From NCBI GenBank assembly GCA_963783305.1, contig CAWAMW010000007.1:256001-320000 (forward strand): 64,000 bases of DNA, in the 5' to 3' direction. A program made the position numbers and the translations under genes. This DNA comes from an uncultured Gemmatimonadales bacterium. Its GTDB lineage: Bacteria; Gemmatimonadota; Gemmatimonadetes; Longimicrobiales; RSA9. Of the stretch, positions 19,381 to 29,597 are shown one piece after another. The number at the start of each line of letters is the position of its first letter. Within the stretch, counting starts at the first letter, position 1. The notes beneath the pieces are model-generated. The model was given only the letters and a program-made list of their open reading frames with translations, did not search any database and had not been told where the DNA came from.

Positions 19381-21200
19381 GTGCCGCCCAGCGAAGCGAC
19401 CACCCCGGCGCCCTCCTCTCCCGCATGACGCTGGAGCAGAAGCTGGGACAGATGACCCAGCCCGAGCGCCAGCACATCACGCCGGACGAGGTGGCCCACT
19501 ACCACATCGGGTCGGTGCTGAGCGGGGGCGGCTCCTGGCCGGGGAAGAACCAGCCGGCCGACTGGGTGGCGATGAACGACGCCTACTGGGCCGCCTCCGT
19601 GGATGCGGAGGAGGGCCGGATGGGCATCCCCCTTCTCTATGGTGTGGACGCCGTTCACGGCCACAACAACGTGCGAGGGGCGGTCCTGTTTCCGCACAAC
19701 ATCGGGCTCGGGGCCGCCAACGACCCCGACCTCATCGGGCGCATTGCGGCCATCACCGCCCGGGAGGTCCTGGCCACCGGCGTGGAGTGGACCTTCGCCC
19801 CGACCCTTGCGGTGGTGCGGGACGACCACTGGGGCCGGACCTACGAGAGCTACTCGGAGGACCCGGAGATCGTCTCCCGCTACGCCGGAGCCTTCGTGCG
19901 GGGGCTCCAGGGCGACCTGGGCCGGGACGCGGTGGTGGCGTGTGTCAAGCACTGGGTGGGGGACGGCGGGACGACCGATGGCGTCGACCAGGGCCGGACC
20001 GACGTTCCGGAGGACGAGTTCCGGGCCCTCCACATCGCGCCGTACCGACCCGCGGTGGAGGCGGGGGCGCTCACCGTCATGGCGTCCTACAACAGCTGGA
20101 ACGGCGTGAAGTGCCATGCCAACCGCTACCTCCTCACGGACGTGCTGAAGGGGGAACTGGGCTTCGACGGCTTCGTGGTCTCGGACTGGGACGCCATCGA
20201 CGCCCTGGCCGAGGACTACGCCGAGGCCATCCGCCTCTCGGTGAACGCCGGCGTCGACATGTTCATGGTGCCGGACAAGTGGAAGCGCTTTCTCGCCGGG
20301 TTGAAGGCGGAGGTGGAGGCCGGCCGCGTCCCGATGGAGCGGATCGATGACGCGGTCCGTCGCATCCTGCGGGTGAAGGAGGCGTACGGGCTGTTCGAGC
20401 GGGAGCGGCCGTCGAAGCGGTACTGGTCGGGCAGCGATGCGTTCGGCTCCGACGATCACCGGGCCGTGGCCCGGGAGGCGGTGCGGAAGTCGCTGGTCCT
20501 CCTGAAGCACGACGACGACGTCCTCCCCCTCGCTCCCGACGGGGAGGACGGCAGGACCATCCTCGTGGCCGGGAAGTCCGCGGACAACATCGGCTACCAG
20601 TGCGGCGGCTTCTCGATGGCGTGGCAGGGGACCGACGGGAACGACGACGTGGAGGGCGGCACCTCGATATGGGAGGGCATCCGGGCGCTGGCCCCTGAGG
20701 CCGAGCTCAGCGAGGACGGCTCGGCCGTCGACGCCGCGCGACACCGGATGGCCGTGGTGGTGATCGGGGAGCGCCCGTACGCCGAGGGGATGGGCGACGT
20801 GGGCCCGGCGGGCGGGGCGGTCCGGCGGGGCTCTTCGTTCCAGGACGCCCCCGGCCCCGGAGGGATGGAGCCGTACGGCACGACGCTGGAGCACGCCGTC
20901 TCCCACCCGGAGGACATGGCGGTGCTGGAGCGGGTGGCCGGGGCTGGCGTTCCCATCGTGACGGTGCTGGTGGCGGGGCGTCCGCTGGTCGTGAACGAGG
21001 AGCTGGACCGGTCCAGCGCCTTCGTCTGCGCGTGGCTGCCGGGCTCCGAGGGCGATGGCGTGGCCGAGGTCCTGTTCGGGGAGTCCCCATTCCAGGGGCG
21101 CCTATCCTTCTCCTGGCCCCGGGACGACGCTCAGAACCCCAATCGCGGGGACGGGTCGGAGCCCCTGTTCCCCTACGGGTTCGGCCTTACCCTGGACTGA
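19377..21200 (+). CDS. GH3 beta-glucosidase / exo-beta-glucanase
   Basis: DAVHGHNNV, FPHNIGLGA, WGRTYES, KHWVGDGGT, VVSDW, GERPYAEGMGD and AWLPGSEG. Confidence 0.93.
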   Translation: MSAAQRSDHPGALLSRMTLEQKLGQMTQPERQHITPDEVAHYHIGSVLSGGGSWPGKNQPADWVAMNDAYWAASVDAEEGRMGIPLLYGVDAVHGHNNVRGAVLFPHNIGLGAANDPDLIGRIAAITAREVLATGVEWTFAPTLAVVRDDHWGRTYESYSEDPEIVSRYAGAFVRGLQGDLGRDAVVACVKHWVGDGGTTDGVDQGRTDVPEDEFRALHIAPYRPAVEAGALTVMASYNSWNGVKCHANRYLLTDVLKGELGFDGFVVSDWDAIDALAEDYAEAIRLSVNAGVDMFMVPDKWKRFLAGLKAEVEAGRVPMERIDDAVRRILRVKEAYGLFERERPSKRYWSGSDAFGSDDHRAVAREAVRKSLVLLKHDDDVLPLAPDGEDGRTILVAGKSADNIGYQCGGFSMAWQGTDGNDDVEGGTSIWEGIRALAPEAELSEDGSAVDAARHRMAVVVIGERPYAEGMGDVGPAGGAVRRGSSFQDAPGPGGMEPYGTTLEHAVSHPEDMAVLERVAGAGVPIVTVLVAGRPLVVNEELDRSSAFVCAWLPGSEGDGVAEVLFGESPFQGRLSFSWPRDDAQNPNRGDGSEPLFPYGFGLTLD

Positions 21201-21213
21201 CGGGGCTCCGCCC

Positions 21214-22758
21214 TCAGATCACCAGCCCGGCCTCGGGCTCGCCTCGGCGCCGCTCCAGCTCGGCCCGGTTCTCGTTGGCCACCTGCTCGGTGATCTCGTA
21301 GCGGGCCACCGCCCAGATCGCGAGGATCGACGCGATGGCGGGAATGAACGCGTCGCAGACCCGCATCAGGAAGATGGCCCGGGGCGTCTGCGCTCCCCCG
21401 AGCTCCACGTCGAATCCGGTGGCGTTCAGCAGGACCCCACCTCCTGCCAGCGCGGCCGCCATTCCGAGCTTCACCACCCACCAGAAGATGGCGCCGAACA
21501 TCCCCTCCCGGCGCTCATGGGTCTCCAGCTCATCGGCGTCCACCACGTCGGCGATCATGGACCCCATGAGCGTGAAGAGCCCGCCGAGCCCGAAGGCCAT
21601 GAACGGCGCGGGGACCACCACCAGCCACGGGATCTCCGGGTTATAGGTGAACCACTTCAGCACGTAGCCGAAGACCGAGATCCCGGTGGAGACGAAGAAC
21701 GCCTTCCGCTTGCCGATCTTGGTGCCCAGCCAGGTCACGAGCATGATGACCAGGAACGTGGAGAGGGCCCCCACGGTGCCGGCGTACCCGGCGTACTCGG
21801 ATCCCAGGAGCTGGTCGCCCTCGAAGACGTAGTAGATGATGACGTAGAACTGGAAGGACGAGATGAGGATGAAGCCGTTGAAGACCAGGAAGGTGGCGGC
21901 GCCCAGCTTCAGGAACGGTTTGCTGGACAGGGTCTGCTTCAGGCCGCCGAAGAAGTCCTTGAGGCTGTGGACGAGGCCGTGGGCCCCATCGGCGGCGTCC
22001 ACCTCGGCCGCCGCCAGGGTCTTCAGCCGTTCCCGCAGGAAGATGGCCGGGAGGACCCCGAGGGCGATCGCCGCGATTCCCACTCCCAGGGCCAGCCCCT
22101 TGGCTCCGGCCATCTGGTCCTGGAACCAGTTCTGGTTCGTCATGATCCAGAGGAACCACGGGGAGATCATGTAGGCCAGCTGGCCGATGAAGTTCTGGAC
22201 GCCCATGAGCCGGGTGCGCTCATGGTAGTCGGGGGTGAGCTCGTAGCCCAGCGCCACCCAAGGGGTCGCGAACACCGTGTAGGCCCCGTAGAAGAAGATC
22301 GACCCGATCAGGAAGTACCAGAAGTAGAAGGTGTCCGACCGGCTCTCCGGGAGCTGCCAGAGGGCCACATAGAGGATGCCGGCCAGGATCGCGCCCACGA
22401 AGATATAGGGGCGCCGCCGCCCCCAGCGGCTCTTCGTGTGATCCGAGATGTAGCCCATCAGCGGATCGGTGATGGCGTCCGTCAGGCGGGGCAGGGCGCC
22501 CAGCATGCCCACCAGCGCCGGGTTCATCCCCAGCGCCAGGTTCAGGACGATGGTCATCCCTCCGATGGCGGCAGCCAGCAGGTTGTTGACGAAGGCCCCG
22601 GCCCCGTAGATGACCTTCTGGAGGAGCGGGATCCGGTCTTCCGGCGCAGTCTCGCGATGAACCGTCTGCCCCTCCGGGCCGATCGCACCGTGCCAGGCCG
22701 CCAGGGCCCGCTTGAAGAGGCCTGGCCGGCGCCCGGTCTCGCTCGTGGGGTCGTTCAC
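21214..22758 (-). CDS. MFS sugar transporter, glycoside-pentoside-hexuronide (MelB-like) family
   Basis: DAITDPLMGYISDHTKSRWGRRRPY, ELTPDYHERT and RREGMF. Confidence 0.92.
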   Translation of the reverse strand: MNDPTSETGRRPGLFKRALAAWHGAIGPEGQTVHRETAPEDRIPLLQKVIYGAGAFVNNLLAAAIGGMTIVLNLALGMNPALVGMLGALPRLTDAITDPLMGYISDHTKSRWGRRRPYIFVGAILAGILYVALWQLPESRSDTFYFWYFLIGSIFFYGAYTVFATPWVALGYELTPDYHERTRLMGVQNFIGQLAYMISPWFLWIMTNQNWFQDQMAGAKGLALGVGIAAIALGVLPAIFLRERLKTLAAAEVDAADGAHGLVHSLKDFFGGLKQTLSSKPFLKLGAATFLVFNGFILISSFQFYVIIYYVFEGDQLLGSEYAGYAGTVGALSTFLVIMLVTWLGTKIGKRKAFFVSTGISVFGYVLKWFTYNPEIPWLVVVPAPFMAFGLGGLFTLMGSMIADVVDADELETHERREGMFGAIFWWVVKLGMAAALAGGGVLLNATGFDVELGGAQTPRAIFLMRVCDAFIPAIASILAIWAVARYEITEQVANENRAELERRRGEPEAGLVI

Positions 22759-22765
22759 GCGATCC

Positions 22766-24004
22766 TCATACGCTCGAGCTCATGGTGGGGAACAGCGTGG
22801 GATCGTCCAGCGCCCGGGCGAGCACGTGGGTCGCCGCCCCCACCGCGAAGGCGCGGGGGCCGAGGGACGTCATCCGGATGCGGGTGGAGGCCACGGAGCC
22901 GACCAGGGTGCGTTGCATGACGGTCTCCTTGAGTGGGGTCAGGATCCGGTCGCCCACCCGGGTGATGCTCCCGCCCAGGATTACCGCGGCGGGGTTCATG
23001 AGGTTCAGGAGCCCGGCGATCGACCCACCCAGGTGCCTGGCTGCCTCGTCGAAGACCTGGAGCGCCAGGGGATCGTCCCGAAGCGCCGCATCCTCCAGTG
23101 CCGTCAGGGTGATCTCGGTGCCGTTCAGTTCGCTGTCCGGATGCGCGGTCGCGAGCTCCCGGGCCCGCTTCACGAGCGCCGTGGCGCCCGCGAACGTCGT
23201 GAGGCACCCGCGATTGCCGCAGATGCACGGCGCACCGGCGGGGTCGATGCTCACGTGGCCGATCTCTCCGGCCATCCCGCTGGAGCCCCGGTAGATCTCG
23301 CCCCTGAGGATCTGACCCGAGCCGATCCCGGTGGCCAGCTTGATGTAGGTGAAGTCCTCCACACCCCTGGCGCTCCCCCACCAGTGCTCGGCGAGGGCGC
23401 CCAGGTTGGCATCATTGTCCACGAACACGGGGACGCCGTACTCGCGCCGCAGGGCCTCGAATCCGGTTCGCCCCTCCCATGCCGGCATGACCACCTCCGA
23501 AAGGCGGAACGGCCGGGTCGGGTCCACCGGGCTCGCCACCGAGACGCCGATGCCCATGAGCCGCTTCCGATCGGGATCCACCTCCTCGAGCGCGTCATCG
23601 AGCATTGTCCAGATGAGCGACCGGGTGCCGTCGGGGTCCTCCCGCACCGGGTGGGATGCGTCGGCCCAGGCCAGGACCTCGCCCCGGAGGCTCATCACCG
23701 CCACGGAGATGTGCGTCGCCCCCATGTCCACGCCGGCAATGACGTGGGCATCGTCGTTGAACACGAGCAGGGTGGGGCGCCGGCCGCCCCGGCTGGGTCC
23801 CTCCCCCCCCTCCGCGACGAGACCCGTTTCCAGCAGAGATCCCACGATCTCCGAGACGGTGGAGCGGGAGAGGCCCAGGGCCCGGGCGATCTCGGCGCGG
23901 GAGATCTGGCGCTGGTGCCATATGAGCTCCAGCACCAGATGCGCCAGGGGACGACCCCGGGTCTCGGCGACGGAGCTGGGTCCCGCGGCAGTCTTGGTCG
24001 CCAT
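22766..24004 (-). CDS. ROK family transcriptional repressor
   Basis: N-terminal HTH ISRAEIARALGLSRSTVS, GGRRP, VDNDANLGALAE and GEIGH..CICGNRGCL. Confidence 0.95.
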   Translation of the reverse strand: MATKTAAGPSSVAETRGRPLAHLVLELIWHQRQISRAEIARALGLSRSTVSEIVGSLLETGLVAEGGEGPSRGGRRPTLLVFNDDAHVIAGVDMGATHISVAVMSLRGEVLAWADASHPVREDPDGTRSLIWTMLDDALEEVDPDRKRLMGIGVSVASPVDPTRPFRLSEVVMPAWEGRTGFEALRREYGVPVFVDNDANLGALAEHWWGSARGVEDFTYIKLATGIGSGQILRGEIYRGSSGMAGEIGHVSIDPAGAPCICGNRGCLTTFAGATALVKRARELATAHPDSELNGTEITLTALEDAALRDDPLALQVFDEAARHLGGSIAGLLNLMNPAAVILGGSITRVGDRILTPLKETVMQRTLVGSVASTRIRMTSLGPRAFAVGAATHVLARALDDPTLFPTMSSSV

Positions 24005-24067
24005 GATCTCCTGGAGTGATACGGGCGTCAGGGCGCCGGCCCAGGCCGGACCGGCGCCCCACGGATG

Positions 24068-27000
24068 TCAGTTCTGGAAGGCCACGTCATCCCAGCGGTA
24101 GGTCTTCTCGCCGGCCGTGGCGCCGTCGGTGCCGAAGTTAAAGAAGATCGAGGCCTTGTCATAGGTGTAGGACAGGTCGAGTGCCGCCGTGCCCGCCGCC
24201 TCGCTGCTGAAGTCGAACGTGAGAGTCTCCCAGGAGCCGGCCACCGTGGTGGTGGCCTCCGTCTCCACGCTCCGGGTGGGGTCCGTGGCGTCCTCGACCT
24301 TGAGCCGCACGGGGATGCCGGCGTCGGGCGAGTAGACCCGCACGGTCATGGTCGTGGCGCTCGCAGTGAACGGGATCGGCGACGCGAGACCGTCGTCCCC
24401 GCCCACGGTCGTTCCGCCCCAGGTCTCCGCGCTCCCGCTCTTGACCGTCTCGGCCACTGTGTTCGACGCGTCCGTGGGATCCGCCACCAGCGTGGAGGCG
24501 GTGCCCCCGAAGTCGGTGAGCCCGTAGTCCACGGCGGGATCGTCGAAGGTGATGGGGAGCTCGACCTGGGCGCCGCCCGTGCTGCCGCCGGCGAACTCGA
24601 CGTCGTCCCACAGGTAGGTCTTCTCGCCGGCCGTGGCGCCGTCGGTGCCGAAGTTGAAGAAGACCGAGGCCTTGTCGTAGGTGTAGGACAGGTCGAGTGC
24701 CGCCGTCCCGGAGACCTGGTCGCTGAAGTCGAACGTGAGAGTCTCCCAGGAGCCGGCCACCGTCGTGGTCGCCTCCGTCTCCACGCTCCGGGTCGGGTCC
24801 GTGGCGTCCTCGACCTTGAGCCGCACGGGGATGCCGGCGTCGGGCGAGTAGACCCGCACGGTCATGGTCGTGGCGCTCGCCGTGAACGGGATCGGCGACG
24901 CAAGACCATCATCGCCGCCCACGGTCGTTCCGCCCCAGGTCTCCGCGCTCCCGCTCTTGACCGTCTCGGCCACTGTGTTCGACGCGTCCGTGGGATCCGC
25001 CACCAGCGTGGACGCGGTGCCCCCGAAGTCGGTGAGCCCGTAGTCCACGGCGGGATCGTCGAAGGTGATGGGGAGCTCGACCTGGGCGCCGCCCGTGCTG
25101 CCGCCGGCGAACTCGACGTCGTCCCACAGGTAGGTCTTCTCGCCGGCCGTGGCGCCGTCGGTGCCGAAGTTGAAGAAGATCGAGGCCTTGTCATAGGTGT
25201 AGGACAGGTCGAGTGCCGCCGTGCCCGCCGCCTCGCTGCTGAAGTCGAAGGTGAGAGTCTCCCAGGATCCGCCACCGTCGTGGTGGCCTCCGTCTCCACG
25301 CTCCGGGTCGGGTCCGTGGCGTCCTCGACCTTGAGCCGCACGGGGATGCCGGCGTCGGGCGAGTAGACCCGCACGGTCATGGTCGTGGCGCTCGCAGTGA
25401 ACGGGATCGGCGACGCGAGACCGTCGTCCCCGCCCACGGTCGTTCCGCCCCAGGTCTCCGCGCTCCCGCTCTTGACCGTCTCGGCCACTGTGTTCGACGC
25501 GTCCGTGGGATCCGCCACCAGCGTGGACGCGGTGCCCCCGAAGTCGGTGAGCCCGTAGTCCACGGCGGGATCGTCGAAGGTGATGGGGAGCTCGACCTGG
25601 GCGCCGCCCGTGCTGCCGCCGGCGAACTCGACGTCGTCCCACAGGTAGGTCTTCTCGCCGGCCGTGGCGCCGTCGGTGCCGAAGTTGAAGAAGACCGATG
25701 CCTTGTCGTAGGTGTACGACAGGTCCAGCGCTGCCGTGCCGGCCGCCTCATTGCTGAAGTCGAAGGTCAGCGTCTCCCAGGCATCCGCCACCGTCGTGGT
25801 CGCTTCCGTCTCCACGCTCCGGGTCGGGTCCGTGGCGTCCTCGACCTTGAGCCGCACGGGGATGCCGGCGTCGGGCGAGTAGACCCGCACCGTCATGGTC
25901 GTGGCGCTCGCCGTGAAAGGGATCGGCGACGCGAGACCGTCGTCCCCGCTCACGGTCGTTCCGCCCCAGGTCTCCGCGCTCCCGCTCTTGACCGTCTCGG
26001 CCACTGTGTTCGACGCGTCCGTGGGATCCGCCACCAGCGTGGACGCGGTGCCCCCGAAGTCGGTGAGCTCGTAGTCCACGGCGGGATCGTCGAAGGTGAT
26101 GGGGAGCTCGACCTGGGCGCCGCCCGTGCTGCCGCCGTTCTCGTCGTACAGGTAGACGTTGTCGACGAAGACGGTGGTGGCGCCGGTGGGCTGACCCACC
26201 AGGATCATCTGCGCCAGGTTGGCCACGTTCATCCCGGAGAAATCGCTCAGTGGGATGTCCAGCGACACCCACTCGCCCTGATTCGGGGCCGGGTTCGCCG
26301 TGCCGTCGAACTCCACCTGGAACTCCGTGTCGTCCCCGGTCCCGATGGTCGCGTCCGCACCCGCATCCACCAGCTTGACCCCGAAGTAGGTGGCGTCGGG
26401 CGTCCAGATGTCCAGGTGGAGGTGGGTCATGGAGCTCGCGTCGACCTGGCTGCTCGCCGTCTCGATCCCCACGAAGTCCAGCGCCGAGTACTTCTTCATG
26501 GCGCTGCCATCGATGGTCACCTCGTCCAGTGTGGCCGCGCTCCAGTCCGTCCGCCAGGTATCCACCGTGACGTTGGTGTAGGCGTCGCTGAACAGGCTGA
26601 TCACGTCCTCTTCCGCCTGCGTCGGCGCGGGCGGCGCCGTCGTCGGCGCGGACGCGCCGGCCGGGCCCACCGTCACGGCGCCCGTGGCCGCAACGCTGCC
26701 CAGGGAGGCCGTGATGGTGGCCGATCCATCGCCGACGATGGCGATCTGACCGAGGGAATCCACCGTAGCCACCGACTCATCGGATGACGTGTAGTCGAAG
26801 TATGCGGGCGCGGCCGCTACCGTGACGTCCTGTCCGCTCACCTCGTACGTCACCGTCGTCCCGCTCACGGTGACGGTGTCGCCCACCGCACCGCTCACCG
26901 TCTGGTCGGCGATCACGGGACGTGGATTCGAGATGGTGGTAAGGTCCGCGAACTGCAGCTCGTCGATCCAGAAGGTGTAGCCGTTCCCGTCTTCCGCCCC

Positions 27001-27519
27001 TTCGGCGAAGAAGAAGAGCCCGTCCTCCTGGTCCAGCCTGGCGGGCAGAGGGATGGGGATGGCGTACTGCTGCCAGTCCGTGGTCAGCTGGAGGTTCGCC
27101 GTCTCCGCCGGGTAGAGCGACTCGCCCGTGTTGTTGTTCCCGAGCCCCGCCACGTTGAGCTCCGCCGGCATGCTCGCCCGGGCCCAGAACGTCACGGCGT
27201 TGTAGTCCGTCAGGTCCCGGATTGTGGTCGAGACGAACGCGCCGCCGGCGTAGCTCCCTCCCGGATTCGTGGGGACGGGAACGTCGATCCGCAGCGATGA
27301 GCTCCCCTGGTAGAAGACGCTCTGGTCGATGGAGACGGCGTCCGTCTTCGAGCCGGCGAACGCCTGGTAGCTCACTCCCGGGGCGTACCCGTCCAGGAAG
27401 ATCTCCGCGTTCCCCGGGAACTCGGCGTCTTCGAGATCCGTCAGATCACGCTGGCAGGCGGGTGCGGCAACGAGCACTGTGACGGCCAGCACGAGTCTGG
27501 CGAGGTTTCTCGAGATCAT
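24068..27519 (-). CDS. Large surface lipoprotein (~1150 aa if repaired) with CBM-like and Ig-like domains and four tandem 172-aa repeats; 1-bp deletion near 25267
   Basis: Lipobox VAAPAC; Ig-like SSDESVATVD; module VISLFSDAYTNV; ORFs 24862-27519 and 24068-25642 join across one frameshift. Confidence 0.8.
24071..26138 (-). repeat. Four near-identical intragenic tandem repeats of 516 bp
   Basis: Anchor CCTGGGCGCC at 24565, 25081, 25596 and 26112 (spacings 516, 515, 516). Confidence 0.95.
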
Positions 27520-27581
27520 CCCTTCGCTCCCGGTTGGGTCCGGTTGGGTCCGCAGGGCCAGCCATAGGGGCCTTTCCAGAT

Positions 27582-27630
27582 CTTTGTTCGCTTACCGAAC
27601 AAAGTGCGGGGGATGCACCCGGATTGTCAA
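27582..27630 (-). promoter_or_regulatory. Putative sigma70 promoter overlapped by a ROK-type operator (second copy)
   Basis: Minus-strand TTGACA (27630-25), N18, CACTTT; palindrome CTTTGTTCG-N5-CGAACAAAG at 27582-27604. Confidence 0.7.
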
Positions 27631-27689
27631 GCGCGACGTGCCTCCCGACCCGGGACGACGGGGAGCCGGGCGGCGGGTTGGGGGGCGGG

Positions 27690-28529
27690 TCAGTCCGCGG
27701 TGTAGACGCGGACCCAGTCCACTTCCAGGGTCTGGGGGAAAGGGGTGCTGAGGTTGGGGGGGCCGGGCCAGTTGCCACCGACGGCCACGTTCATGACGAG
27801 GTGGAATTCCTCATCGAAGGGGGCGGGGTACGGGTCGCCGGTCGAGTACCAGTCGGTCTGGGTCTGATAGTGCTCGCCGTCCACGTACCAGCGGATCTCC
27901 CCCTCCTCCCACTCGAGGGCGAAGACGTGGAAGTCATCGGCGAAGATCCCGGAGCCGAGCTGGTACCAGTCGCCGGTGTACTCGTTGGCCGGGGCCTCAC
28001 CGCCGTAGTGGAGGGTGCCGTGCACCCGGGCGGGCTCGTGGCCCACGAGCTCCATGATGTCGATCTCGCCGCTGGCGGCCCATGCTCCGTAGACGCTGTC
28101 GGTGGGGAGCATCCAGATGGCGGGCCAGATCCCCTGGCCCTGGGGAAGCCGTGCCCGGATCTCGAAGCGTCCGTACCGCCAGTCGCCGCGATCGATCGTG
28201 CGGATGCGCCCCGACGTGAAATTGCGGCCGTTCACGGACTCGCGGCGGGCGGTGATGGTGAGGAGCCCGTCGGCCACGTCCACGTTGTCGGCCTGGTACC
28301 ACTGACGCTCGTTGTTGCCCCACCCGCAGAGGTCGATGTCGCAGCCGTCCCCGGTCTGAACGTGCCACTTCGTCGAGTCCAGGGAGCTCCCGTCGAACTC
28401 GTCGGCCCACACGAGCTTCCAGTCGGACGTCGGGCCGGGCTCGTCGAGGCTGGCGGCGTTTCCGCATGCGAGGGCGCCGACCAGGGAGAGTGGAGTCGTC
28501 AGAAGGAAGATCCGGACGGGTGAGTTCAT
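27690..28529 (-). CDS. GH16 laminarinase-like endo-beta-1,3-glucanase, lipoprotein
   Basis: Lipobox ALAC, LVWADEFDG, GWGNNE, GIWPAIWML, catalytic EIDIME and NVAVGGNWPG. Confidence 0.93.
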   Translation of the reverse strand: MNSPVRIFLLTTPLSLVGALACGNAASLDEPGPTSDWKLVWADEFDGSSLDSTKWHVQTGDGCDIDLCGWGNNERQWYQADNVDVADGLLTITARRESVNGRNFTSGRIRTIDRGDWRYGRFEIRARLPQGQGIWPAIWMLPTDSVYGAWAASGEIDIMELVGHEPARVHGTLHYGGEAPANEYTGDWYQLGSGIFADDFHVFALEWEEGEIRWYVDGEHYQTQTDWYSTGDPYPAPFDEEFHLVMNVAVGGNWPGPPNLSTPFPQTLEVDWVRVYTAD

Positions 28530-29092
28530 GGAACGGCTTCCGTGAGAGTGACGCGGCAGGCGAAACAAAACATGTCGCAGCGGGCCGGGTTCGGCAACCG
28601 CCGAGGGGGGAGATTTGCCACTGCACCAGGGTGGGGAATGCGGTCGCCGTATGGCAGGGGAGCCCGGTCTCCGCGTGGTGTTCGCCCCCCGAGGCAGCCG
28701 GAGCGCGGGGGGGCGAGGGAGAGGGCGTCCGAAGCTCAGTGACTTGGCTCCGTTCGGGTGTAGCGGAGCAGCCAGGGCCGCAGCAGAAAGCTCAGCGCGA
28801 AGACGAGGACAATCAGGGCGAGCGGTACGAGCCGGGTAATGGCCAGCCGGCCAGGAACGCGAGTGAGGCAGCCTCAACCAGTCCCCCGAGGGAGCCGACG
28901 CACGCGACCCCGCGGCGAGAATGGAAAGCAGGAAGGTGGGGCTGCAACACCCCCCCCAGCACACACACAGGTAGCAAACAGGCTCGGGCTCCGCGTTACC
29001 CCTTCGTCCATACCTTCGTGTCTTTTGCCCAAGGAGGGTCGGACCCGGACATCCCTACACCAAGCAGTGGAGCGCAAGGAGCGTCGGAAAGG

Positions 29093-29290
29093 CTGAACCC
29101 GTGGTACGCGCGCCGACTCTCCATTGATCCGCCATCCACCCCGGAAGAGGCGCGGCGTATCGCCCGGCAGGTGCCCCAGGGGCATCGCACTCTGCTTGAG
29201 GAGGCCGTCCCGTACCTGATCGAGGTCGACCAGACGGGGACCCGTCGGCTGTTCACCCATGCCGGCTGGAGTCCCGGCAGAGCTATCCCG
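29093..29290 (+). pseudogene. Possible metallophosphoesterase C-terminal fragment
   Basis: Only LFTHAGWSPG, resembling the xFxHAG motif of PPP/ApaH-type phosphatases; no clear start, limits approximate. Confidence 0.3.
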
Positions 29291-29597
29291 GGGTCACCGG
29301 AAGAGCCCGAAAGCCCTGGAGCCCGTCTCCGGGAGTTGAGCCCGACCTGGCTCTCGGTATCGGCCGTGCTTCGGCGAATGGGCGCCGACCGCCTCGCGCC
29401 GCTCCTCCCCGGCGTTCGACCCCACCCGCGCCTGCCGCGAGGGCTCATCGTCGACCTGCATGTGGCGCGCTGGTTCGGCCTCGAGATCTTCCACCTCCTG
29501 GGCTTCCGCAAACGCCACCGCGTCGAGTCCGTCCTGGTCCTGGTCCGTCGGGCTACGCGTCCTGACGCTTGGCGTCGATCGTGCACGGACGGAACGC

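Noticed and set aside
24071..26138. Regular repeats as a possible CRISPR array
   Set aside because: Units are 516-bp coding repeats with no unique spacers and no cas genes
28555..28580. CGAAACAAAA upstream of GH16 as a third ROK operator
   Set aside because: Only a poor half-site; no palindrome or matching promoter geometry
29378..29560. Segment resembling a degenerate response-regulator receiver (GLIVDLHV..FGLEIF)
   Set aside because: Similarity too weak to support without an HMM search; no clean ORF boundaries
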